26,612 nucleotides of DNA from Acutalibacteraceae bacterium (GTDB lineage Bacteria; Bacillota; Clostridia; Oscillospirales; Acutalibacteraceae): assembly GCA_045613005.1 (NCBI GenBank), contig JAZLAD010000155.1:1-26612 (forward strand), given 5' to 3'. This document shows positions 1 through 8,850 of the stretch, in pieces; position 1 is the first letter of the stretch; every line of letters begins with the position of its first letter. The notes under the pieces were generated by a model. It was not told the DNA's origin and made no database searches. It was given only the letters and a program-made list of their open reading frames with translations. The position numbers and the translations under genes are program-made.

Positions 1-4
1 TAAA

Positions 5-1228
5 ATGGATTTGTCTAATCCTCGGACACCAGAGATCCTTAGCAGGATATCCACATTCTGTAAAGAAAATGGATGGAAAGCAAGATGTTTGTATATACGA
101 AAATATGTAGAGGTTGAGAGCGACTGGTATGAGTTAGTTCCTACTTATTTCAAAGACAACACACCCTGTGACAGAATCGAAACTGTTACCAACGAAAACA
201 AGAAGATATACACGCGTGTCATCCGTGCTTTTCACGAATTGTGTCCATCCCCCAAAGAATGGGGAGAAGATATCTATGTTCCAGAACGATTCCGCAACTT
301 TTGTATCCAAAACAGTATTGATGATTTAGACTTTTGTTGGGCAAGGGACATAGGCAAATATGAAGCTGAGCAATACTTCCAGGTATATGGGAAGAGAGTG
401 GTTCCGCAAATTGCTATTGACTATGGCCTTAAAAAATCGAATGTTGAGTTGATTTCCGCAGCAGGTGGATGGCTGCCAGAAATTGCAAATGTTTTTCACG
501 AACTACAGCAGGTCGATTTGCAGGATTGCTATTTAGCAGAAGATTTACCCGATAGCGGAATTGCCTATGTGTATATCCCTCGTACATTCTCCAGCGTTGG
601 TCGTCATACCATTTTGCTTCACAAAGAAATTGTACAATCTTTATTGAAGCAGAAAGTCCTGCCTTTAAGCGCCTTAAAACCAGCAGCAGTTGTTAAATCA
701 CTGCCTGGAGGGTATTCTTTGAAACATACTCAAGTGATTGAGCGGCCAACTGGTCAATTTATGTCTACGATGCTCATGGAGTATGAAAAGCTGAAAAACA
801 CAGCTCGTCCGATTCGGATGGTATCCGAAAAAGATGCATTAAAAATGCTCAGACTTGCCAAGAAGGAGCGCAAAGAGGATTTTCAAAAAGGATTACCAAA
901 GACTATAAGCGAAACTCTGCTAAACACAGCCTATAATGTTTTGATTCCATATTATAGTGTCGCCAATGGCTGTTTCCTTTCAGATGAGTATGAGTTGCTT
1001 TCGGCTGTGAAGGCGATAGAGGAAAATATAGTATTTCAAGAAAACTTGTCAAAAGAGGAATTATTGGATACACAACCAGAAGGGGTTGTAATTGGTCGAT
1101 GCCCTGATGGAGATGCTATTTTACTATGCAATGATGGCAAAGTTGTTCGTTTTAGCCACGAAGAACCAGTTGCCGTTGAACAATGGCCAACTTTGGCACA
1201 ATTCTTTGTCGATGCCATCAATGAATAA
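5..1228 (+). CDS. Hypothetical protein with C-terminal SMI1/KNR4 (SUKH)-like domain; may be 5'-truncated by the window edge
   Basis: 407-aa ORF. The C-terminal ~100 aa (YYSVANG...VVIGRCPDGDAILLCNDGKVVRFSHEE...WPTLAQFF) follow the SUKH pattern. The in-frame codon before the ATG (aaa) is not a stop, so the ORF may extend upstream. Confidence 0.55.
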   Translation: MDLSNPRTPEILSRISTFCKENGWKARCLYIRKYVEVESDWYELVPTYFKDNTPCDRIETVTNENKKIYTRVIRAFHELCPSPKEWGEDIYVPERFRNFCIQNSIDDLDFCWARDIGKYEAEQYFQVYGKRVVPQIAIDYGLKKSNVELISAAGGWLPEIANVFHELQQVDLQDCYLAEDLPDSGIAYVYIPRTFSSVGRHTILLHKEIVQSLLKQKVLPLSALKPAAVVKSLPGGYSLKHTQVIERPTGQFMSTMLMEYEKLKNTARPIRMVSEKDALKMLRLAKKERKEDFQKGLPKTISETLLNTAYNVLIPYYSVANGCFLSDEYELLSAVKAIEENIVFQENLSKEELLDTQPEGVVIGRCPDGDAILLCNDGKVVRFSHEEPVAVEQWPTLAQFFVDAINE

Positions 1229-1308
1229 CACCTATGCGTTAGATAAATTTCAATTTGTCGCACAGATGGTATTCGTTTGTAAAAGGGTTTTAGGTTCTCC
1301 TAACAGGT

Positions 1309-1331
1309 GGAAAATGTGCTGTACATTTTCC
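1309..1331. other. Perfect 9-bp inverted repeat (hairpin or protein-binding site)
   Basis: GGAAAATGT-gctgt-ACATTTTCC downstream of the SUKH gene, with no U-tract. Confidence 0.4.
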
Positions 1332-1358
1332 CTGCTTGTTACGGTATAAGACAAAATT

Positions 1359-1392
1359 AAAAGGAAGCACGAAGTTTCGTGCTTCCTTTTTT
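1359..1392. terminator. Bidirectional intrinsic terminator
   Basis: AAAAGGAAGCACGAA-gt-TTCGTGCTTCCTTTT perfect inverted repeat with A/T tracts, between convergent genes. Confidence 0.85.
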
Positions 1393-1441
1393 ACTGTCCT
1401 TTAGAGTACAACGCTTAACCCTAAGCCTTTTTAGTTTAAGA

Positions 1442-2452
1442 TTATTCTCTGCCGTATTTTTCTGCTACCTTTAGTATTTCTTCATAAGGTAACATACCGT
1501 CGATAGAGTTTTCTGCAAACAAATTGCAGGCTGCGGCGGCAGATGCGAATTCAATTATTTCCTGATCGCTCATACCCTTATAGATACCGTAAAGCGAAGC
1601 GGCACAGAAGCTGTCACCCGCACCAACGCTACCCTTCATTTCACTTCTGGGAACGTCTAGAGAGGTGATTTTAGCAAAGGTACCGTCCTTACTTAAGCAG
1701 TAGCCCATTCTCTTGCAGTGAACGATAACCTTTTCACGAACACCTTCGTCAAGGGTTAGTTGCATTGCTTTTTTGATGTTAGCCTCTATAGGATATCCGC
1801 CGTCATCGGTAGCCTCAAGGCCCCAGATAGCGCAACATTCAACCTCGTTAAAGATAAGGAAATCACAGTATTTAAGCGCAGGCTTTATCATTTTTGCATA
1901 GTCTGCATTACTGTCACTAGCTACGTCAACCGAGGTCTTGATGCCTGCATCCTGAACCTTTTTAAGAAGTCTTGCCATAACGGTGCCGTATTCTTTATCT
2001 TCCGCATCCAGCTTATCGAGTAACAGAATATATCCGATATGGAAAATATCGCAGGAAAGCTTAGATACGTCAACGTCGTCGATATCAAAAAGTGCGTTAG
2101 CGCCTCTTGAATGGAAGAAGGTACGGTCGCCACCCGGAATGGTCATAACGTCGGTAAAGCTTGTTGGTGCTTGGTCGGTAGTAGATACACAGTCGGTATT
2201 AATACCGTATTTATTGAGCATATCTATTACGTATTTGCCGTTAGCATCGTTACCTACCTTGCCGACAGCACTAAGCGGAATAGTGCCGTCAATCTTAGCA
2301 AGGTTAATACTTGTATTTGGAACGCTTCCACCTACGGCCTGGGATACCGCTGAAATGTTAGCTAACATACCGAGCTTAGGATAGCAATCGATAGTTTTAA
2401 CAACGTCGGTAAGTATATTGCCCGCAAAGGCTATTCCCTTATTGTAAGCCAT
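1442..2452 (-). CDS. PfkB/ribokinase-family carbohydrate kinase
   Basis: 336 aa; N-terminal GGSVPN and C-terminal GAGDSF PfkB signature. Confidence 0.9.
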   Translation of the reverse strand: MAYNKGIAFAGNILTDVVKTIDCYPKLGMLANISAVSQAVGGSVPNTSINLAKIDGTIPLSAVGKVGNDANGKYVIDMLNKYGINTDCVSTTDQAPTSFTDVMTIPGGDRTFFHSRGANALFDIDDVDVSKLSCDIFHIGYILLLDKLDAEDKEYGTVMARLLKKVQDAGIKTSVDVASDSNADYAKMIKPALKYCDFLIFNEVECCAIWGLEATDDGGYPIEANIKKAMQLTLDEGVREKVIVHCKRMGYCLSKDGTFAKITSLDVPRSEMKGSVGAGDSFCAASLYGIYKGMSDQEIIEFASAAAACNLFAENSIDGMLPYEEILKVAEKYGRE

Positions 2453-2463
2453 AGCTTTTCACC

Positions 2464-3399
2464 TTAGTTGCACTCTGCGGTGAGAGGACCTGCAAGTTCC
2501 TTGAGGTAGAAAAGACGACCTGGGAGTGTTGGAATGTAGGTAGAGGTGATGTGTCTGTCAGGACCGTAGTGAAGGGTTGTGAGGAAGCTCATACCCTGCC
2601 AGCCCATGCCACGACCGAGAACACCGTCAGCGCCGCCGATAGCATAGTCAGCCTTTAAGAAGAGGCCAGGTCCTATTGTGTTAGCAGTACAAGGAACTAA
2701 TGTTGTACGGCTCTTGAAGCTTGTAAGAGCGTTCTGCTCAATGGTAAGTGGGTGGAGCTTAGCACCGATGCGGTAGCACTGCTTTGCCCACTCCTCGTCA
2801 CTCTCGAACTCAACAGCGAACTGTGGCTCCCAGAATGCGATGTGGCACATACGGCCGATACCGTATACTAATACGAGCTTTGCGCCCTCTGCCTTTAAAG
2901 CGTCAATCTTCTCAGGATAGGTAGGAAGATTTTCCTTAGTAGCAAAGTTACGCTGAGACTCAGGAATTGTATTGTTGAGTTTATTAAAGAAAGCCTGCTT
3001 CATTGAGTATTCAAAGGAAGCGGTGCTTGTGCTGTCAAGAGTGTTACCGTCAGCGTCTGCCCACTCGTCCATATTGAAGGTGTAAACGTGGTCGCAGTTT
3101 ACCTTCCACTCATTGAGGAAGTAAGCAGCCCAACGGTACATACCCATAGGACCAACAGGTAAAATCATAGCGCACTTTCTGCCTTCTTCACCTGTAAGCT
3201 TAATCTGCATTGCAATTTCGTGACCCATAAGGGTATCAAAGTCGCCGAGAGAGTCGCACTCTACAGGATTGAAGTCCTTGTGCCAGAAATCTTCTCTTGC
3301 TACACCCATATCGCAGCAAGCGTCAATTTTTGCCATATCCCAACCAACAGGATAGAAGTTTTCGAGTAAAGAACCCTTTACTGTGCTCATAAAATCCAT
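2464..3399 (-). CDS. Glucosamine-6-phosphate deaminase/isomerase (NagB)-like protein, divergent
   Basis: 311 aa; TFNMDEW and [13 protein letters not shown] correspond to NagB TFNxDEY and GIGxNGHIAFNEP. Confidence 0.75.
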   Translation of the reverse strand: MDFMSTVKGSLLENFYPVGWDMAKIDACCDMGVAREDFWHKDFNPVECDSLGDFDTLMGHEIAMQIKLTGEEGRKCAMILPVGPMGMYRWAAYFLNEWKVNCDHVYTFNMDEWADADGNTLDSTSTASFEYSMKQAFFNKLNNTIPESQRNFATKENLPTYPEKIDALKAEGAKLVLVYGIGRMCHIAFWEPQFAVEFESDEEWAKQCYRIGAKLHPLTIEQNALTSFKSRTTLVPCTANTIGPGLFLKADYAIGGADGVLGRGMGWQGMSFLTTLHYGPDRHITSTYIPTLPGRLFYLKELAGPLTAECN

Positions 3400-3436
3400 A
3401 GTAATAATCTCCTTTATGTAAAAAATTAAATGTTAA

Positions 3437-4162
3437 TTAGGGGAGTAAGCGCTTGGTTGTGCCCTTTAGGTATGCCTTGCACATCTTAAAGCCTTCTGCA
3501 TAGTCAGCACCGCACTGATAGCCTCTGTAACGTGAGCAGGTTCTAACCATATCACAGAAATCAATATGGTCGTGGTCTCTCATCCAAACAATCTGGCTTT
3601 CGTGACACTCAAGCATCTTAATCTTAAGGTCGATTTCCTCGGTTACGTCAACAAACTCGTCAGGAACAAAGTTTACACCTGCAAGTGTATCCATATAGTA
3701 GATAGGTACTAACTTTGCAGGCTCACCGTCCTCAGCGCTGTAGCGGTGAGGATAATCGGTGTGGTTTGGAAGGGTTGCAGCAAAGCTTGCATCGAATACA
3801 AGACGTGCAACAGCAGTGTGGTCAGGCATATAATCGTCAGGATTATGTGTGATGATGAAATCAGGGTTTGCATAACGGATGATATCAATCATCTTGTCTC
3901 TTGCCTCTTTGTTATTGTCGTAAATGTCAAGGTCGTTAAATCCTGCAGAGATAACCTCGATACCTGCAAGAGAGCCTGCCTTTTTAGCCTCGTTTGCACG
4001 GATTACGGTTAACTCATCGGGTGGGATGATAACGTGGCCGAGGTTTCCTGTGGAAACGTGGCAAACGATAACCTTATCGCCGCGCTTTACACATTTTGCA
4101 AGTGTACCCGCACAGGCAATTTCTACGTCATCTGGATGACAACCAATTGCTAATACATTCAT
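3437..4162 (-). CDS. PIG-L/LmbE-family deacetylase
   Basis: 241 aa; CHPDDVE and THNPDDYMPDH metal-binding motifs. Confidence 0.9.
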   Translation of the reverse strand: MNVLAIGCHPDDVEIACAGTLAKCVKRGDKVIVCHVSTGNLGHVIIPPDELTVIRANEAKKAGSLAGIEVISAGFNDLDIYDNNKEARDKMIDIIRYANPDFIITHNPDDYMPDHTAVARLVFDASFAATLPNHTDYPHRYSAEDGEPAKLVPIYYMDTLAGVNFVPDEFVDVTEEIDLKIKMLECHESQIVWMRDHDHIDFCDMVRTCSRYRGYQCGADYAEGFKMCKAYLKGTTKRLLP

Positions 4163-4231
4163 TTTTATCTTCCTTTCGAAAAATATTGATTTTTTACAAA
4201 TAGGACAAATATAAAATTATCCTTAATAGTT

Positions 4232-4260
4232 ATTATATATAAATTCATTATAAATTTCTA
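4232..4260 (-). promoter_or_regulatory. Putative sigma-A promoter of the deacetylase operon
   Basis: Minus strand: TAGAAA (4260-4255), 17 nt, TATAAT (4237-4232). Confidence 0.5.
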
Positions 4261-4289
4261 TTGACATTTGGTCTAAGAATTTATAAAAT
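4261..4289 (+). promoter_or_regulatory. Sigma-A promoter of the AraC gene
   Basis: TTGACA (4261-4266), 17 nt, TAAAAT (4284-4289). Confidence 0.7.
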
Positions 4290-4336
4290 AGGCTCAACAA
4301 TATTACCAAAAAGTATCAAAGACCTAATTTTAAAGA

Positions 4337-5233
4337 GTGGGAAAGAGTATGGAAAAAACAACGGGAACAAGCTTAGGAGAAAAAATAAAGGTTACAAACC
4401 TTAAAAGTGCATTTTATTACGACGTGCCGCACGACTTTGCTTATAGCGGCGAAAGGCATAACGGATGGGAGTTTGTCTACGTTGAAAAGGGCAAGGTTTG
4501 TGCCACGGCGGAAAATTCAAAATATATATTAAGAAGCGGTGAAATGGTGTGCCACAAGCCGATGGAATTTCATAAGCTTGAGCCCTATCAGGGGGAGGCT
4601 ACCATTATAGTTTTTTGCTTTGAGTGTAACGATTTTTCTATGCAGTTTTTTTCTAACAAAATAATATCGGTTAACCAACGTCAAAAGCTGTATTTAAACG
4701 ATATAGTAACCTATGCGCAGAAGTTGTTTTTATCGAAGAGCCCGTTGGGTATCGCGAAGGATGGCGGAATGGAGAGAAATCCCGAGGCAAAAACAGAAAG
4801 CGAGCAATTTATAAAAAACACTATTGAGTTGCTTGTACTGTCACTTTTGTCATCGCAAAGCACCGAGCGTAAAAAGAGAGTGGAATCGTATAAGCAGTAT
4901 TCACACCGCAGAACGCTCACAAGTGATATAATCGAGTATTTAAATGCTAATTTATCGGAGGCTGTAACGCTTGAGGATATATCCGAAAAATTTTCTTATT
5001 CGGTTTCAAGCATTAAAAGAATATTCAAGGCGGAGACAGGCTACAGCGTTATGAATTATTTGGCTAATCTCAGAATTGCAAGGGCAAAACAGCTACTTCG
5101 CGATAAAGAAAATTCGGTTGAATACGTAGCGGCAAAGGTTGGCTTTTCCAACGTGTACTATTTTTCGAATTTCTTCAAAGCTAAGGTAAAAAAGAGCCCT
5201 AGTGAATATCGTAAGCAATACAGTAAATTCTAA
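4337..5233 (+). CDS. AraC/XylS-family regulator with N-terminal cupin domain (start may be ATG 4349)
   Basis: Cupin-like HNGWEFVYVEKG...HKPMEFH. C-terminal double HTH ending VGFSNVYYFSNFFKAKVKKSPSEYRK. Confidence 0.92.
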   Translation: MGKSMEKTTGTSLGEKIKVTNLKSAFYYDVPHDFAYSGERHNGWEFVYVEKGKVCATAENSKYILRSGEMVCHKPMEFHKLEPYQGEATIIVFCFECNDFSMQFFSNKIISVNQRQKLYLNDIVTYAQKLFLSKSPLGIAKDGGMERNPEAKTESEQFIKNTIELLVLSLLSSQSTERKKRVESYKQYSHRRTLTSDIIEYLNANLSEAVTLEDISEKFSYSVSSIKRIFKAETGYSVMNYLANLRIARAKQLLRDKENSVEYVAAKVGFSNVYYFSNFFKAKVKKSPSEYRKQYSKF

Positions 5234-5268
5234 AATTATTAATAAATTGTAACCATTTTTGTAAACTA

Positions 5269-5297
5269 TTGTCTTTTTGAAATAAATGTGGTATAAT
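5269..5297 (+). promoter_or_regulatory. Sigma-A promoter with extended -10
   Basis: TTGTCT (5269-5274), 17 nt, TATAAT (5292-5297), preceded by TGG (TGn). Confidence 0.6.
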
Positions 5298-5354
5298 GCT
5301 ACAGTACGATGAAAGATTATGCCTATAAGGCTTTTGGTCTGAAGGGAAGTAAAT

Positions 5355-7631
5355 ATGGAAATTTCTTCTAAATTAAAGACGGCAAAGGTTTTCCTTTGTA
5401 ACGTTGCAATACGTATTTTTTATGCGTTTCAGTTTTTCTTTGTAAGTCTGTTACCGGCATTTATGAAGAAAAGCTTTGACGTTACGACAACCAAAAAATC
5501 ACGTATTGCGGGAACACTCACGGCATTTTTATTAATGCTTGCCGTTATTATACTCAACCGTTCGTTTATATCTCAGGAAAATAGCGGCAAATGGCAGCTT
5601 TTGGCATTTTGTCTTATTTTCCCGTTTGTTATCGGCACACTTATCATATTTAAAATAAAGATAAAAAACAAGGTTATTTCGAGGATAGCCTTTTTGTTGC
5701 TGTTTGCGCTTTTGCCTATAGCTACTATGACCATGACCGAGTGCCTTAACAACATATTCGTTTATAATATGACCCATCTCGGTTTTGTGGGCAATTATAT
5801 CGTAATTCTTCTTTTCTATTTCCTCGTGTTTGCGCTAACGGGAAGCATTAAAATTTCAATGCTGACCCTAACTCCTATATTCTTCGGTTTTGCCCTGGCA
5901 CATTCATATCTTATGGTTTTCAGAGGCACTCCGTTTATTCCAATGGACTTTTTAAGCATTACAACCGCTATGGGAGTAAGTTCTACTTATGACTATACCC
6001 CTACCGCCATTATGATAACCGGCGCGTTAATTTTCATCTTCCTTATAGTTTTAGCATTCAAGGTGGCAACACCTAAATTCCATATTATCACAAAGATTAC
6101 GCTTCGCGTCTTTACGGGTGCGTTTTTTGCAATAGCGGCGGGTATTTTCTACTTTACCAATATTTTTACAAATATGGGTATAACGCCTGATTTCTGGAAT
6201 CAGACCAGAGGTTATAAAAACTATGGCTTTGTTTACAACTTTGTTTGCAACACAAAATATCTTTATATGTCTACCCCTCAGGGCTATAATCCTGACGATA
6301 TAGAAGGTCTTGTAGATAAAGAGACAAATAAAAACCCAAATAAAGTGCCGATCACCGAAAACGCGCCTAATATTATTTGCATAATGAACGAGTCACTTTC
6401 TGACCTTCGCGTTTTGGGTGAATTTACAACTAACGAGGAATATATGCCCTTTATGGATAGCCTTACCGAGAATACGGTTAAGGGTAATCTTTACGTTCCT
6501 GTAATCGGTGCGGGTACATCTAATACCGAGTTTGAATTTTTAACAGGCCATACAACCGCATTCTTGCCGTCGGGCAGTAATGCATATATGTTGTATATCA
6601 AAAATCCGATAGCATCTCTTACTTCAACGCTTGAAGGTCAGGGTTATTCCTCAATTTCCTTCCACCCTTATTATGCAAGCGGTTGGAACCGAGTTGACGT
6701 TTATAACAATATGGGCTTTAATTCGTTTGTGAGTCTTGAAAATATCATAGATATTTCTCTTATGGATACCTATACTCAAAACAACAATAATCCCGACTTT
6801 TTACAGGAACTCGTTAACCAGCATTATCCAGACAGAAATAATATGCTTGTAAGACAGTATATAAGCGACTCTTACGACTACAGGCTTATAATTGAGGATT
6901 ACGAGAAAAGGGATAAAACAAGACCTTACTTTATGTTCAACGTTACAATGCAAAACCACGGCGGTTATACCACATCGGCTAGTAACTTTGAGGAAAGAAT
7001 ATACGTTACCTCAACTACGAAGGAATACAAGAAAACGAACAAGTACTTGTCACTTGTAAAGTACAGTGACGATGCATTTAAGGAATTAATTGAGTATTTC
7101 AGAAACGTTAAGGAACCTACCGTTATTTGTATGTTTGGTGACCATCAGCCCTCTATCGAGAGCGCGTTTATCCGCGAGGTAATGGGTGTTAGCGACCTTA
7201 CGAATCTAACGGTTGAGCAGGAGCAAAACCGTCACGTAACACCGTTTATTATCTGGGCAAACTATGATATAGAGGAAAAATATATTGAGAAGCTTAGCGC
7301 TAACTATCTGGCGGCTTACGTTGTTGACGTTGCGGGCATTAAGACAACAAGATACAACGAGTATCTTCTAAAGCTGTCCGAAAAGCTTCCTGTAATCAGC
7401 GCGGTGGGATACATTGATGCTGAAAACAACTACTATAAGTGGAGTAATACTACACAGTATACAACGCTTTTAGCTGAGTATGAAAAAATTCAGTATAACA
7501 ATATTTTTGATTATAAGAATAAAAACGACATATTCTATATTGAAGGCTATTCTCACGAACAGGCTGCTGCCGACGTTGCAAGCGGACTTGCAAAGAGTAT
7601 AGAGGAATTGGTTGATAAGGTGACAAAATAA
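5355..7631 (+). CDS. LTA synthase (LtaS)-family membrane sulfatase/phosphotransferase
   Basis: 758 aa; multiple N-terminal TM helices, CIMNES, GTSNTEFEFLTG (catalytic Thr), FGDHQP. Confidence 0.9.
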   Translation: MEISSKLKTAKVFLCNVAIRIFYAFQFFFVSLLPAFMKKSFDVTTTKKSRIAGTLTAFLLMLAVIILNRSFISQENSGKWQLLAFCLIFPFVIGTLIIFKIKIKNKVISRIAFLLLFALLPIATMTMTECLNNIFVYNMTHLGFVGNYIVILLFYFLVFALTGSIKISMLTLTPIFFGFALAHSYLMVFRGTPFIPMDFLSITTAMGVSSTYDYTPTAIMITGALIFIFLIVLAFKVATPKFHIITKITLRVFTGAFFAIAAGIFYFTNIFTNMGITPDFWNQTRGYKNYGFVYNFVCNTKYLYMSTPQGYNPDDIEGLVDKETNKNPNKVPITENAPNIICIMNESLSDLRVLGEFTTNEEYMPFMDSLTENTVKGNLYVPVIGAGTSNTEFEFLTGHTTAFLPSGSNAYMLYIKNPIASLTSTLEGQGYSSISFHPYYASGWNRVDVYNNMGFNSFVSLENIIDISLMDTYTQNNNNPDFLQELVNQHYPDRNNMLVRQYISDSYDYRLIIEDYEKRDKTRPYFMFNVTMQNHGGYTTSASNFEERIYVTSTTKEYKKTNKYLSLVKYSDDAFKELIEYFRNVKEPTVICMFGDHQPSIESAFIREVMGVSDLTNLTVEQEQNRHVTPFIIWANYDIEEKYIEKLSANYLAAYVVDVAGIKTTRYNEYLLKLSEKLPVISAVGYIDAENNYYKWSNTTQYTTLLAEYEKIQYNNIFDYKNKNDIFYIEGYSHEQAAADVASGLAKSIEELVDKVTK

Positions 7632-8116
7632 TGAGGAACACCACGCTTTGTCATATAGAAAAAGACGGAAAATACCTTATGCTCCATCGCGTAAAAAAGG
7701 AAAACGACCTAAACCGTGATAAATGGGTGGGCATTGGCGGAAAGTTCGAGGATAAGGAAAGCCCTGAGCAGTGCAATCTGCGCGAGGTTTTGGAGGAAAC
7801 GGGTCTTACCCTTAAAAATCAGTTTTACAGAGGTATAGTGACCTTTGTATCGGATAAATGGGAAACCGAGTATATGCACCTTTTTACGTCGGATAGCTTT
7901 AGCGGTGAGCTTAAGGAATGTGACGAAGGTGAGCTTTGTTGGGTGGAAAAGGAGAAAATTCCTAATCTTCCTATCTGGGTGGGAGATAAGATTTTCTTAA
8001 AACTCATAGCCGATAACACTGCACCGTTCTTTTCACTGAGACTTGAATACGTGGGAGATAGGCTGATTAGTGCCATTTTAAATGGCAAACCTTTAGATTT
8101 AGGAGATAATTTATGA
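7631..8116 (+). CDS. NUDIX hydrolase, MutT/MutX-like 8-oxo-dGTP diphosphatase
   Basis: Nudix box GGKFEDKESPEQCNLREVLEETGL; TAATG overlap with the upstream gene. Confidence 0.88.
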   Translation: MRNTTLCHIEKDGKYLMLHRVKKENDLNRDKWVGIGGKFEDKESPEQCNLREVLEETGLTLKNQFYRGIVTFVSDKWETEYMHLFTSDSFSGELKECDEGELCWVEKEKIPNLPIWVGDKIFLKLIADNTAPFFSLRLEYVGDRLISAILNGKPLDLGDNL

Positions 8117-8691
8117 AACTATGTGTTTACGGTGCTTCTTCGAGCACAATAGATAAAAGCTTTATCGATGCCGGTGAAGCTTTAGGCAGAGCCATAGCCC
8201 AGCGCGGTCATACCGTGGTTTACGGCGGCGGCGCCGAAGGTATGATGGGTGCTGCGGCTCGTGGAGCAAAAGAGAAAAATGGCGAAATAATAGGTATTGC
8301 ACCGTCGTTCTTTAAAGTAGACGGCTCACTTTTTGAAGGCTGCACCGAGTTTATTTACACCGATAATATGCGTCAGCGAAAAGAACTGCTTGAAACTCGC
8401 TCTGATGCTTATATAGTAACACCGGGCGGCGCCGGTACCTATGACGAGTTTTTTGAAATATTTACGCTAAGGCAGTTAAACCGTCATACCAAGGCGATTG
8501 CAATTTTAAATATAAACGGATATTTTGATCCGCTTATTGCACTTTTAGAAAATGCAATTGAGAAGAATTTTATGACCGAGGCAAACCGAGAACTTTATTT
8601 TGTTTCTGATAACATTGACGAAACGCTCGAATATATAGAAAACTACAAGCCAGTAGAGTTTTCACTTAATCAGTTTAAGGATATAAAATAA
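8113..8691 (+). CDS. LOG family (TIGR00730-like) nucleotide monophosphate phosphoribohydrolase
   Basis: CVYGASS, VYGGG..GMMGA, PGGAGTYDE (PGGxGTxxE motif); ATGA overlap with the NUDIX gene. Confidence 0.9.
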   Translation: MKLCVYGASSSTIDKSFIDAGEALGRAIAQRGHTVVYGGGAEGMMGAAARGAKEKNGEIIGIAPSFFKVDGSLFEGCTEFIYTDNMRQRKELLETRSDAYIVTPGGAGTYDEFFEIFTLRQLNRHTKAIAILNINGYFDPLIALLENAIEKNFMTEANRELYFVSDNIDETLEYIENYKPVEFSLNQFKDIK

Positions 8692-8695
8692 TTTT

Positions 8696-8724
8696 AACGG
8701 GGATAGTGTGCTATCCCCGTTTTT
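8696..8724 (+). terminator. Intrinsic terminator
   Basis: AACGGGGATAG-tgtg-CTATCCCCGTT followed by T tract. Confidence 0.85.
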
Positions 8725-8730
8725 ACATCA

Positions 8731-8759
8731 TTGACAAAAAAAGATAGAGTTAGTATAAT
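8731..8759 (+). promoter_or_regulatory. Perfect consensus sigma-A promoter
   Basis: TTGACA (8731-8736), 17 nt, TATAAT (8754-8759). Confidence 0.85.
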
Positions 8760-8850
8760 AAAGTAAGGCAAAAGCAGTCGTCGGCAAAAAGCCTAACCCC
8801 TGCTCCTTTGTAACATAAATTTATTGGTGTAAAACTATGGAGGAGAATTT

